A stretch of 64,000 bases of DNA, from positions 7,626,001 through 7,690,000 of the forward strand of contig OZ193910.1 in the NCBI GenBank assembly GCA_964276515.1, read 5' to 3'. This DNA comes from Gordius albopunctatus. Lineage: Eukaryota. Each line of letters opens with the position of its first letter. Positions within the stretch are counted from its first letter, which is position 1. Both the position numbers and the translations under genes were made by a program. The notes under the pieces were generated by a model. It did no database searches, was not told the DNA's origin, and was given only the letters and a program-made list of their open reading frames with translations. This document shows, in pieces, positions 1 to 12,200 of the stretch.

Positions 1-353
1 GTCTCTAGTTTTAGTGTAAAAAGCTCTATGCGATCGTGATTTAGAGTTAATAATTTTTGATGACTGATCAAAAAAATGTTTTTCAAGCAATTCACCTCTT
101 ATACCGAAAACTTTCATGAGAGCTATATGGTTGAACAAAAAAATTGAAAAAATTTTGAGGTCGAAAAAAATATTATTTTTCAAATTCTTTCGAAAGGGAG
201 ATGAAAAAATCTTTAAAAGTTAGTAAATATTCTCAGAATTTTGTCCTTGTTAGAATCTTGATAGAAATTTAGGCGTGGGGGGATGTTTTAGATTGAGAGA
301 AATTAAAATTTAGGTGTTGCGTTTATATTGTTTCAATATCGCTTTATAAGCGT
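1..353. repeat. Reference monomer (arbitrary phase), 353 bp
   Basis: Distance between successive GTCTCTAG starts (1, 354). Hand count gives 36 C + 65 G = 101/353 GC (~29%) and 9 CpG. Confidence 0.97.
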
Positions 354-1534
354 GTCTCTAGTTTTAGTGAAACAAGCTCTATGCGATCGTGATTTAGAGT
401 TAATAATTTTTGATGACTGATCAAAAAAATGTTTTTCAAGGAATTCACCTCTTATACCGAAAACTTTCATGAGAACTATATGGTTGAACAAAAAAATTAA
501 AACAATTTTGAGGTCGAAAAAAATATTATTTTTCATATTCTTTCGAAAGGGAGATGAAAAAATCTTTAAAAGTTAGTAAATATTCTTAGCATTTTGTCCT
601 TTCTTGATAGGAATTTTTGCGTGGGGGGATGTTTTAGATTGAGAGAAATTAAAATTTAGGTGTTGCGTTTATATTGTTTCAATATCGCTTTATAAGCGTG
701 TCTCTAGTTTTAGTGTAAAAAGCTCTATGCGATCGTGATTTAGAGTTAATAATTTTTGATGACTGATCAAAAAAATGTTTTTCAAGCAATTCACCTCTTA
801 TACCGAAAACTTTCATGAGAGCTATATGGTTAAACAAAAAAATTGAAAAAATTTTGAGGTCGAAAAAAATATTATTTTTCAAATTCTTTCGAAAGGGAGA
901 TGAAAAAATCTTTAAAAGTTAGTAAATATTCTTAGAATTTTGTCCTTGTTAGAATCTTGATAGAAATTTAGGCGTGGGGGGATGTTTTAGATATAGAGAA
1001 ATTAAAATTTAGGTGTTGCGTTTATATTGTTTCAATATCGCTTTATAAGCGTGTCTCTAGTTTTAGTGAAACAAGCTCTATGCGATCGTGATTTAGAGTT
1101 AATAATTTTTGATGACTGATCAAAAAAATGTTTTTCAAGGAATTCACCTCTTATACCGAAAACTTTCATGAGAACTATATGGTTGAACAAAAAAATTAAA
1201 ACAATTTTGAGGTCGAAAAAAATATTATTTTTCATATTCTTTCGAAAGGGAGATGAAAAAATCTTTAAAAGTTAGTAAATATTCTTAGCATTTTGTCCTT
1301 TCTTGATAGGAATTTTTGCGTGGGGGATGTTTGAGATTGAGAGAAATTAAAATTTTCGTGTTGCGTTTAGATTGATTCAATATCGCTTTATAAGCGTGTC
1401 TCTAGTTTTAGTGAAACAAGCTCTATGCGATCGTGATTTACAGTTAATAATTTTTGATGACTGATCAAAAAAATGTTTTTCAAGGAATTCACCTCTTATA
1501 CCGAAAACTTTCATGAGAGCTATATGGTTGAACA

Positions 1535-4500
1535 AAAAAAATTGAAAAAATTTTGAGGTCGAAAAAAATATTATTTTTCAAATTCTTTCGAAAGGGAGAT
1601 GAAAAAATCTTTAAAAGTTAGTAAATATTCTTAGAATTTTGTCCTTGTTAGAATATTGATAGAAATTTAGGCGTGGGGGGATGTTTTAGATTGAGAGAAA
1701 TTAAAATTTAGGTGTTGCGTTTATATTGTTTCAATATCGCTTTATAAGCGTGTCTCTAGTTTTAGTGAAACAAGCTCTATGCGATCGTGATTTACAGTTA
1801 ATAATTTTTGATGACTGATCAAAAAAATGTTTTTCAAGGAATTCACCTCTTATACCGAAAACTTTCATGAGAACTATATGGTTGAACAAAAAAATTAAAA
1901 CAATTTTGAGGTCGAAAAAAATATTATTTTTCATATTCTTTCGAAAGGGAGATGAAAAAATCTTTAAAAGTTAGTAAATATTCTTAGCATTTTGTCCTTT
2001 CTTGATAGGAATTTTTGCGTGGGGGATGTTTGAGATTGAGAGAAATTAAAATTTTCGTGTTGCGTTTAGATTGATTCAATATCGCTTTATAAGCGTGTCT
2101 CTAGTTTTAGTGAAACAAGCTCTATGCGATCGTGATTTACAGTTAATAATTTTTGATGACTGATCAAAAAAATGTTTTTCAAGGAATTCACCTCTTATAC
2201 CGAAAACTTTCATGAGAGCTATATGGTTGAACAAAAAAAATTAAAACAATTTTGAGGTCGAAAAAAATATTATTTTTCATATTCTTTCGAAAGGGAGATG
2301 AAAAAATCTTTAAAAGTTATTAAATATTCTTAGCATTTTGTCCTTGTTAGAATCTTGATAGGAATTTTTGCGTGGGGGGATGTTTGAGATTGAGAGAAAT
2401 TAAAATTTTCGTGTTGCGTTTAGATTGATTCAATTTCGCTTTATAAGCGTGTCTCTAGTTTTAGTGAAACAAGCTCTATGCGATCGTGATTTAGAGTTAA
2501 TAATTTTTGATGACTGATCAAAAAAATGTTTTTCAAGGAATTCACCTCTTATACCGAAAACTTTCATGAGAGCTTAATGGTTGAACAAAAAAAATTAAAA
2601 CAATTTTGAGGTCGAAAAAAATATTATTTTTCATATTCTTTCGAAAAGGAGATGAAAAAAGAATTTTTGCGTGGGGGATGTTTGAGATTGAGAGAAATTA
2701 AAATTTTCGTGTTGCGTTTAGATTGTTTCAATATCGCTTTATAAGCGTGTCTCTAGTTTTAGTGAAACAAGCTCTATGCGATGGTGATTCAGAGTTAATA
2801 ATTTTTGATGACTGATCAAAAAAATGTTTTTCAAGGAATTCACCTCTTATACCGAAAACTTTCATGAGAACTATATGGTTGAACAAAAAAATTGAAAAAA
2901 TTTTGAGGTCGAAAAAAATATTATTTTTCATATTTTTTCGAAAGGGAGATGAAAAAATCTTTAAAAGTTAGTAAATATTCTTAGCATTTTGTCCTTGTTA
3001 GAATATTGATAGAAATTTATGCGTGGGGGGATGTTTTAGATTGAGAGAAATTAAAATTTAGGTGTTGCGTTTATATTTTTTCAATATCGCTTTATAAGCG
3101 TGTCTCTAGTTTTAGTGTAACAAGCTCTATGCGATCGTGATTTAGAGTTAATAATTTTTGATGACTGATCAAAAAAATGTTTTTCAAGCAATTCACCTCT
3201 TATACAGAAAACTTTCATGAGAGCTATATGGTTGAACAAAAAAATTGAAAAAATTTTGAGGTCGAAAAAAATATTATTTTTCAAATTCTTTCGAAAGGGA
3301 GATGAAAAAATCTTTAAAAGTTAGTAAATATTCTTAGAATTTTGTCCTTGTTAGAATCTTGATAGGAATTTTTGCGTTGGCGATGTTTGAGATTGAGAGA
3401 AATTAAAATTTTCGTGTGGCGTTTAGATTGATTAAACATCGCTTTATAAGCGTGTCTCTAGTTTTAGTGAAACAAGCTCTATGCGATCGTGATTTAGAGT
3501 TAATAATTTTTGATGACTGATCAAAAAAATGTTTTTCAAGGAATTCATCTCTTATACGGAAAACTTTAATGAGAGCTATATGGTTGAACAAAAAAATTGA
3601 AAAAATTTTGAGGTCGAAAAAAATATTTTTTTTCATATTCTTTCGTAAGGGAGATGAAAAAATCTTTAAAAGTTATTAAATATTCTTAGCATTTTGTCCT
3701 TGTTAGAATCTTGATAGGAATTTTTGCGTTGGCGATGTTTGAGATTGAGAGAAATTAAAATTTTCGTGTGGCGTTTAGATTGATTAAAAATCGCTTTATA
3801 AGCGTGTCTCTAGTTTTAGTGTAACAAGCTCTATGCGATCGTGATTTAGAGTTAATAATTTTTGATGACTGATCAAAAAAATGTTTTTCAAGCAATTCAC
3901 CTCTTATACAGAAAACTTTCATGAGAGCTATATGGTTGAACAAAAAAATTGAAAAAATTTTGAGGTCGAAAAAAATATTATTTTTCAAATTCTTTCGAAA
4001 GGGAGATGAAAAAATCTTTAAAAGTTAGTAAATATTCTTAGAATTTTGTCCTTGTTAGAATATTGATAGAAATTTAGGCGTGGGGGGATGTTTTAGATTG
4101 AGAGAAATTAAAATTTAGGTGTTGCGTTTATATTGTTTCAATATCGCTTTATAAGCGTGTCTCTAGTTTTAGTGAAACAAGCTCTATGCGATCGTGATTT
4201 ACAGTTAATAATTTTTGATGACTGATCAAAAAAATGTTTTTCAAGGAATTCACCTCTTATACCGAAAACTTTCATGAGAACTATATGGTTGAACAAAAAA
4301 ATTAAAACAATTTTGAGGTCGAAAAAAATATTATTTTTCATATTCTTTCGAAAGGGAGATGAAAAAATCTTTAAAAGTTAGTAAATATTCTTAGCATTTT
4401 GTCCTTTCTTGATAGGAATTTTTGCGTAGGGGATGTTTGAGATTGAGAGAAATTAAAATTTTCGTGTTGCGTTTAGATTGATTCAATATCGCTTTATAAG

Positions 4501-6229
4501 CGTGTCTCTAGTTTTAGTGAAACAAGCTCTATGCGATCGTGATTTACAGTTAATAATTTTTGATGACTGATCAAAAAAATGTTTTTCAAGGAATTCACCT
4601 CTTATACCGAAAACTTTCATGAGAGCTATATGGTTGAACAAAAAAAATTAAAACAATTTTGAGGTCGAAAAAAATATTATTTTTCATATTCTTTCGAAAG
4701 GGAGATGAAAAAATCTTTAAAAGTTATTAAATATTCTTAGCATTTTGTCCTTGTTAGAATCTTGATAGGAATTTTTGCGTGGGGGGATGTTTGAGATTGA
4801 GAGAAATTAAAATTTTCGTGTTGCGTTTAGATTGATTCAATTTCGCTTTATAAGCGTGTCTCTAGTTTTAGTGAAACAAGCTCTATGCGATCGTGATTTA
4901 GAGTTAATAATTTTTGATGACTGATCAAAAAAATGTTTTTCAAGGAATTCACCTCTTATACCGAAAACTTTCATGAGAGCTTAATGGTTGAACAAAAAAA
5001 ATTAAAACAATTTTGAGGTCGAAAAAAATATTATTTTTCATATTCTTTCGAAAAGGAGATGAAAAAAGAATTTTTGCGTGGGGGATGTTTGAGATTGAGA
5101 GAAATTAAAATTTTCGTGTTGCGTTTAGATTGTTTCAATATCGCTTTATAAGCGTGTCTCTAGTTTTAGTGAAACAAGCTCTATGCGATGGTGATTCAGA
5201 GTTAATAATTTTTGATGACTGATCAAAAAAATGTTTTTCAAGGAATTCACCTCTTATACCGAAAACTTTCATGAGAACTATATGGTTGAACAAAAAAATT
5301 GAAAAAATTTTGAGGTCGAAAAAAATATTATTTTTCATATTTTTTCGAAAGGGAGATGAAAAAATCTTTAAAAGTTAGTAAATATTCTTAGCATTTTGTC
5401 CTTGTTAGAATATTGATAGAAATTTATGCGTGGGGGGATGTTTTAGATTGAGAGAAATTAAAATTTAGGTGTTGCGTTTATATTTTTTCAATATCGCTTT
5501 ATAAGCGTGTCTCTAGTTTTAGTGTAACAAGCTCTATGCGATCGTGATTTAGAGTTAATAATTTTTGATGACTGATCAAAAAAATGTTTTTCAAGCAATT
5601 CACCTCTTATACAGAAAACTTTCATGAGAGCTATATGGTTGAACAAAAAAATTGAAAAAATTTTGAGGTCGAAAAAAATATTATTTTTCAAATTCTTTCG
5701 AAAGGGAGATGAAAAAATCTTTAAAAGTTAGTAAATATTCTTAGAATTTTGTCCTTGTTAGAATCTTGATAGGAATTTTTGCGTTGGCGATGTTTGAGAT
5801 TGAGAGAAATTAAAATTTTCGTGTGGCGTTTAGATTGATTAAACATCGCTTTATAAGCGTGTCTCTAGTTTTAGTGAAACAAGCTCTATGCGATCGTGAT
5901 TTAGAGTTAATAATTTTTGATGACTGATCAAAAAAATGTTTTTCAAGGAATTCATCTCTTATACGGAAAACTTTAATGAGAGCTATATGGTTGAACAAAA
6001 AAATTGAAAAAATTTTGAGGTCGAAAAAAATATTTTTTTTCATATTCTTTCGTAAGGGAGATGAAAAAATCTTTAAAAGTTATTAAATATTCTTAGCATT
6101 TTGTCCTTGTTAGAATCTTGATAGGAATTTTTGCGTTGGCGATGTTTGAGATTGAGAGAAATTAAAATTTTCGTGTGGCGTTTAGATTGATTAAAAATCG
6201 CTTTATAAGCGTGTCTCTAGTTTTAGTGA
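1535..6229. repeat. 7-monomer higher-order duplication, period 2407 bp
   Basis: ORF variants recur at +2407 (1731/4138, 2728/5135, 3081/5488, 3403/5810). The 55-bp deletion junction is at 2660 and 5067. Confidence 0.92.
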
Positions 6230-9200
6230 AACAAGCTCTATGCGATCGTGATTTAGAGTTAATAATTTTTGATGACTGATCAAAAAAATGTTTTTCAAGG
6301 AATTCATCTCTTATACGGAAAACTTTCATGAGAGCTATATGGTTGAACAAAAAAAATTAAAACAATTTCGAGGTCGAAAAAAATATTATTTTTCATATTC
6401 TTTCGAAAGGGAGATGAAAAAATCTTTAAAAGTTAGTAAATATTCTTAGCATTTTGTCCTTGTTAGAATATTGATAGAAATTTATGCGTGGGGGGATGTT
6501 TTAGATTGAGAGAAATTAAAATTTAGGTGTTGCGTTTATATTTTTTCAATATCGCTTTATAAGCGTGTCTCTAGTTTTAGTGTAACAAGCTCTATGCGAT
6601 CGTGATTTAGAGTTAATAATTTTTGATGACTGATCAAAAAAATGTTTTTCAAGCAATTCACCTCTTATACAGAAAACTTTCATGAGAGCTATATGGTTGA
6701 ACAAAAAAATTGAAAAAATTTTGAGGTCGAAAAAAATATTATTTTTCAAATTCTTTCGAAAGGGAGATGAAAAAATCTTTAAAAGTTAGTAAATATTCTT
6801 AGAATTTTGTCCTTGTTAGAATCTTGATAGGAATTTTTGCGTTGGCGATGTTTGAGATTGAGAGAAATTAAAATTTTCGTGTGGCGTTTAGATTGATTAA
6901 ACATCGCTTTATAAGCGTGTCTCTAGTTTTAGTGAAACAAGCTCTATGCGATCGTGATTAAGAGTTAATAATTTTTGATGACTGATCAAAAAAATGTTTT
7001 TCAAGGAATTCATCTCTTATACGGAAAACTTTAATGAGAGCTATATGGTTGAACAAAAAAATTGAAAAAATTTTGAGGTCGAAAAAAATATTTTTTTTCA
7101 TATTCTTTCGTAAGGGAGATGAAAAAATCTTTAAAAGTTAATAAATATTCTTAGCATTTTGTCCTTGTTAGAATCTTGATAGGAATTTTTGCGTTGGCGA
7201 TGTTTGAGATTGAGAGAAATTAAAATTTTCGTGTGGCGTTTAGATTGATTAAAAATCGCTTTATAAGCGTGTCTCTAGTTTTAGTGAAACAAGCTCTATG
7301 CGATCGTGATTTAGAGTTAATAATTTTTGATGACTGATCAAAAAAATGTTTTTCAAGGAATTCATCTCTTATACGGAAAACTTTCATGAGAGCTATATGG
7401 TTGAACAAAAAAAATTAAAACAATTTCGAGGTCGAAAAAAATATTATTTTTCATATTCTTTCGAAAGGGAGATGAAAAAATCTTTAAAAGTTAGTAAATA
7501 TTCTTAGAATTTTGTCCTTGTTAGAATCTTGATAGGAATTTTTGCGTTGGCGATGTTTGAGATTGAGAGAAATTAAAATTTTCGTGTGGCGTTTAGATTG
7601 ATTAAAAATCGCTTTATAAGCGTGTCTCTAGTTTTAGTGAAACAAGCTCTATGCGATCGTGATTTAGAGTTAATAATTTTTGATGACTGATCAAAAAAAT
7701 GTTTTTCAAGGAATTCATCTCTTATACGGAAAACTTTAATGAGAGCTATATGGTTGAACAAAAAAATTGAAAAAATTTTGAGGTCGAAAAAAATATTTTT
7801 TTTCATATTCTTCCGTAAGGGAGATGAAAAAATCTTTAAAAGTTATTAAATATTCTTAGCATTTTGTCCTTGTTAGAATCTTGATAGGAATTTTTGCGTT
7901 GGCGATGTTTGAGATTGAGAGAAATTAAAATTTTCGTGTGGCGTTTAGATTGATTAAAAATCGCTTTATAAGCGTGTCTCTAGTTTTAGTGAAACAAGCT
8001 CTATGCGATCGTGATTTAGAGTTAATAATTTTTGATGACTGATAAAAAAAATGTTTTTCAAGGAATTCATCTCTTATACGGAAAACTTTCATGAGAGCTA
8101 TATGGTTGAACAAAAAAAATTAAAACAATTTCGAGGTCGAAAAAAATATTATTTTTCATATTCTTTCGAAAGGGAGATGAAAAAATCTTTAAAAGTTAGT
8201 AAATATTCTTAGCATTTTGTCCTTGTTAGAATATTGATAGAAATTTATGCGTGGGGGGATGTTTTAGATTGAGAGAAATTAAAATTTAGGTGTTGCGTTT
8301 ATATTTTTTCAATATCGCTTTATAAGCGTGTCTCTAGTTTTAGTGTAACAAGCTCTATGCGATCGTGATTTAGAGTTAATAATTTTTGATGACTGATCAA
8401 AAAAATGTTTTTCAAGCAATTCACCTCTTATACAGAAAACTTTCATGAGAGCTATATGGTTGAACAAAAAAATTGAAAAAATTTTGAGGTCGAAAAAAAT
8501 ATTATTTTTCAAATTCTTTCGAAAGGGAGATGAAAAAATCTTTAAAAGTTAGTAAATATTCTTAGAATTTTGTCCTTGTTAGAATCTTGATAGGAATTTT
8601 TGCGTTGGCGATGTTTAAGATTGAGAGAAATTAAAATTTTCGTGTGGCGTTTAGATTGATTAAACATCGCTTTATAAGCGTGTCTCTAGTTTTAGTGAAA
8701 CAAGCTCTATGCGATCGTGATTTAGAGTTAATAATTTTTGATGACTGATCAAAAAAATGTTTTTCAAGGAATTCATCTCTTATACGGAAAACTTTAATGA
8801 GAGCTATATGGTTGAACAAAAAAATTGAAAAAATTTTGAGGTCGAAAAAAATATTATTTTTCAAATTCTTTCGAAAGGGAGATGAAAAAATCTTTAAAAG
8901 TTAGTAAATATTCTTAGAATTTTGTCCTTGTTAGAATCTTGATAGGAATTTTTGCGTTGGCGATGTTTGAGATTGAGAGAAATTAAAATTTTCGTGTGGC
9001 GTTTAGATTGATTAAACATCGCTTTATAAGCGTGTCTCTAGTTTTAGTGAAACAAGCTCTATGCGATCGTGATTTAGAGTTAATAATTTTTGATGACTGA
9101 TCAAAAAAATGTTTTTCAAGGAATTCATCTCTTATACGGAAAACTTTAATGAGAGCTATATGGTTGAACAAAAAAATTGAAAAAATTTTGAGGTCGAAAA

Positions 9201-12200
9201 AAATATTTTTTTTCATATTCTTTCGTAAGGGAGATGAAAAAATCTTTAAAAGTTATTAAATATTCTTAGCATTTTGTCCTTGTTAGAATCTTGATAGGAA
9301 TTTTTGCGTTGGCGATGTTTGAGATTGAGAGAAATTAAAATTTTCGTGTGGCGTTTAGATTGATTAAAAATCGCTTTATAAGCGTGTCTCTAGTTTTAGT
9401 GAAACAAGCTCTATGCGATCGTGATTTAGAGTTAATAATTTTTGATGACTGATCAAAAAAATGTTTTTCAAGGAATTCATCTCTTATACGGAAAACTTTC
9501 ATGAGAGCTATATGGTTGAACAAAAAAAATTAAAACAATTTCGAGGTCGAAAAAAATATTATTTTTCATATTCTTTCGAAAGGGAGATGAAAAAATCTTT
9601 AAAAGTTAGTAAATATTCTTAGCATTTTGTCCTTGTTAGAATATTGATAGAAATTTATGCGTGGGGGGATGTTTTAGATTGAGAGAAATTAAAATTTAGG
9701 TGTTGCGTTTATATTTTTTCAATATCGCTTTATAAGCGTGTCTCTAGTTTTAGTGTAACAAGCTCTATGCGATCGTGATTTAGAGTTAATAATTTTTGAT
9801 GACTGATCAAAAAAATGTTTTTCAAGCAATTCACCTCTTATACAGAAAACTTTCATGAGAGCTATATGGTTGAACAAAAAAATTGAAAAAATTTTGAGGT
9901 CGAAAAAAATATTATTTTTCAAATTCTTTCGAAAGGGAGATGAAAAAATCTTTAAAAGTTAGTAAATATTCTTAGAATTTTGTCCTTGTTAGAATCTTGA
10001 TAGGAATTTTTGCGTTGGCGATGTTTGAGATTGAGAGAAATTAAAACTTTCGTGTGGCGTTTAGATTGATTAAACATCGCTTTATAAGCGTGTCTCTAGT
10101 TTTAGTGAAACAAGCTCTATGCGATCGTGATTTAGAGTTAATAATTTTTGATGACTGATCAAAAAAATGTTTTTCAAGGAATTCATCTCTTATACGGAAA
10201 ACTTTAATGAGAGCTATATGGTTGAACAAAAAAATTGAAAAAATTTTGAGGTCGAAAAAAATATTTTTTTTCATATTCTTTCGTAAGGGAGATGAAAAAA
10301 TCTTTAAAAGTTATTAAATATTCTTAGCATTTTGTCCTTGTTAGAATCTTGATAGGAATTTTTGCGTTGGCGATGTTTGAGATTGAGAGAAATTAAAATT
10401 TTCGTGTGGCGTTTAGATTGATTAAACATCGCTTTATAAGCGTGTCTCTAGTTTTAGTGAAACAAGCTCTATGCGATCGTGATTTACAGTTAATAATTTT
10501 TGATGACTGATCAAAAAAATGTTTTTCAAGGAATTCACCTCTTATACCGAAAACTTTCATGAGAACTATATGGTTGAACAAAAAAATTAAAACAATTTTG
10601 AGGTCGAAAAAAATATTATTTTTCATATTCTTTCGAAAGGGAGATGAAAAAATCTTTAAAAGTTAGTAAATATTCTTAGCATTTTGTCCTTTCTTGATAG
10701 GAATTTTTGCGTGGGGGATGTTTGAGATTGAGAGAAATTAAAATTTTCGTGTTGCGTTTAGATTGATTCAATATCGCTTTATAAGCGTGTCTCTAGTTTT
10801 AGTGAAACAAGCTCTATGCGATCGTGATTTACAGTTAATAATTTTTGATGACTGATCAAAAAAATGTTTTTCAAGGAATTCACCTCTTATACCGAAAACT
10901 TTCATGAGAGCTATATGGTTGAACAAAAAAAATTAAAACAATTTTGAGGTCGAAAAAAATATTATTTTTCATATTCTTTCGAAAGGGAGATGAAAAAATC
11001 TTTAAAAGTTATTAAATATTCTTAGCATTTTGTCCTTGTTAGAATCTTGATAGGAATTTTTGCGTGGGGGGATGTTTGAGATTGAGAGAAATTAAAATTT
11101 TCGTGTTGCGTTTAGATTGATTCAATTTCGCTTTATAAGCGTGTCTCTAGTTTTAGTGAAACAAGCTCTATGCGATCGTGATTTAGAGTTAATAATTTTT
11201 GATGACTGATCAAAAAAATGTTTTTCAAGGAATTCACCTCTTATACCGAAAACTTTCATGAGAGCTTAATGGTTGAACAAAAAAAATTAAAACAATTTTG
11301 AGGTCGAAAAAAATATTATTTTTCATATTCTTTCGAAAAGGAGATGAAAAAAGAATTTTTGCGTGGGGGATGTTTGAGATTGAGAGAAATTAAAATTTTC
11401 GTGTTGCGTTTAGATTGTTTCAATATCGCTTTATAAGCGTGTCTCTAGTTTTAGTGAAACAAGCTCTATGCGATGGTGATTCAGAGTTAATAATTTTTGA
11501 TGACTGATCAAAAAAATGTTTTTCAAGGAATTCACCTCTTATACCGAAAACTTTCATGAGAACTATATGGTTGAACAAAAAAATTGAAAAAATTTTGAGG
11601 TCGAAAAAAATATTATTTTTCATATTTTTTCGAAAGGGAGATGAAAAAATCTTTAAAAGTTAGTAAATATTCTTAGCATTTTGTCCTTGTTAGAATATTG
11701 ATAGAAATTTATGCGTGGGGGGATGTTTTAGATTGAGAGAAATTAAAATTTAGGTGTTGCGTTTATATTTTTTCAATATCGCTTTATAAGCGTGTCTCTA
11801 GTTTTAGTGTAACAAGCTCTATGCGATCGTGATTTAGAGTTAATAATTTTTGATGACTGATCAAAAAAATGTTTTTCAAGCAATTCACCTCTTATACAGA
11901 AAACTTTCATGAGAGCTATATGGTTGAACAAAAAAATTGAAAAAATTTTGAGGTCGAAAAAAATATTATTTTTCAAATTCTTTCGAAAGGGAGATGAAAA
12001 AATCTTTAAAAGTTAGTAAATATTCTTAGAATTTTGTCCTTGTTAGAATCTTGATAGGAATTTTTGCGTTGGCGATGTTTGAGATTGAGAGAAATTAAAA
12101 TTTTCGTGTGGCGTTTAGATTGATTAAACATCGCTTTATAAGCGTGTCTCTAGTTTTAGTGAAACAAGCTCTATGCGATCGTGATTTAGAGTTAATAATT

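Noticed and set aside
49..80. Assignment to a known satellite of similar length (Drosophila 1.688 family 353-359 bp; Tribolium ~360 bp)
   Set aside because: Only length and AT-richness agree, plus a short TTTTGATGAC...CAAAAAATG resemblance to my recollection of the 1.688 repeat. The rest does not match, so this is not enough without a database search.
272..283. G-quadruplex or telomeric motif at GGCGTGGGGGG
   Set aside because: There is a single G-run per 353 bp, it is absent in subfamily B, and there are no tandem telomere repeats.
1..353. Tandem RNA gene unit (5S rRNA, tRNA, snRNA, spliced leader)
   Set aside because: The monomer is ~29% GC, and I recognise no 5S, tRNA cloverleaf, A/B-box or snRNA sequence. 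An Infernal/Rfam search would be the formal test.
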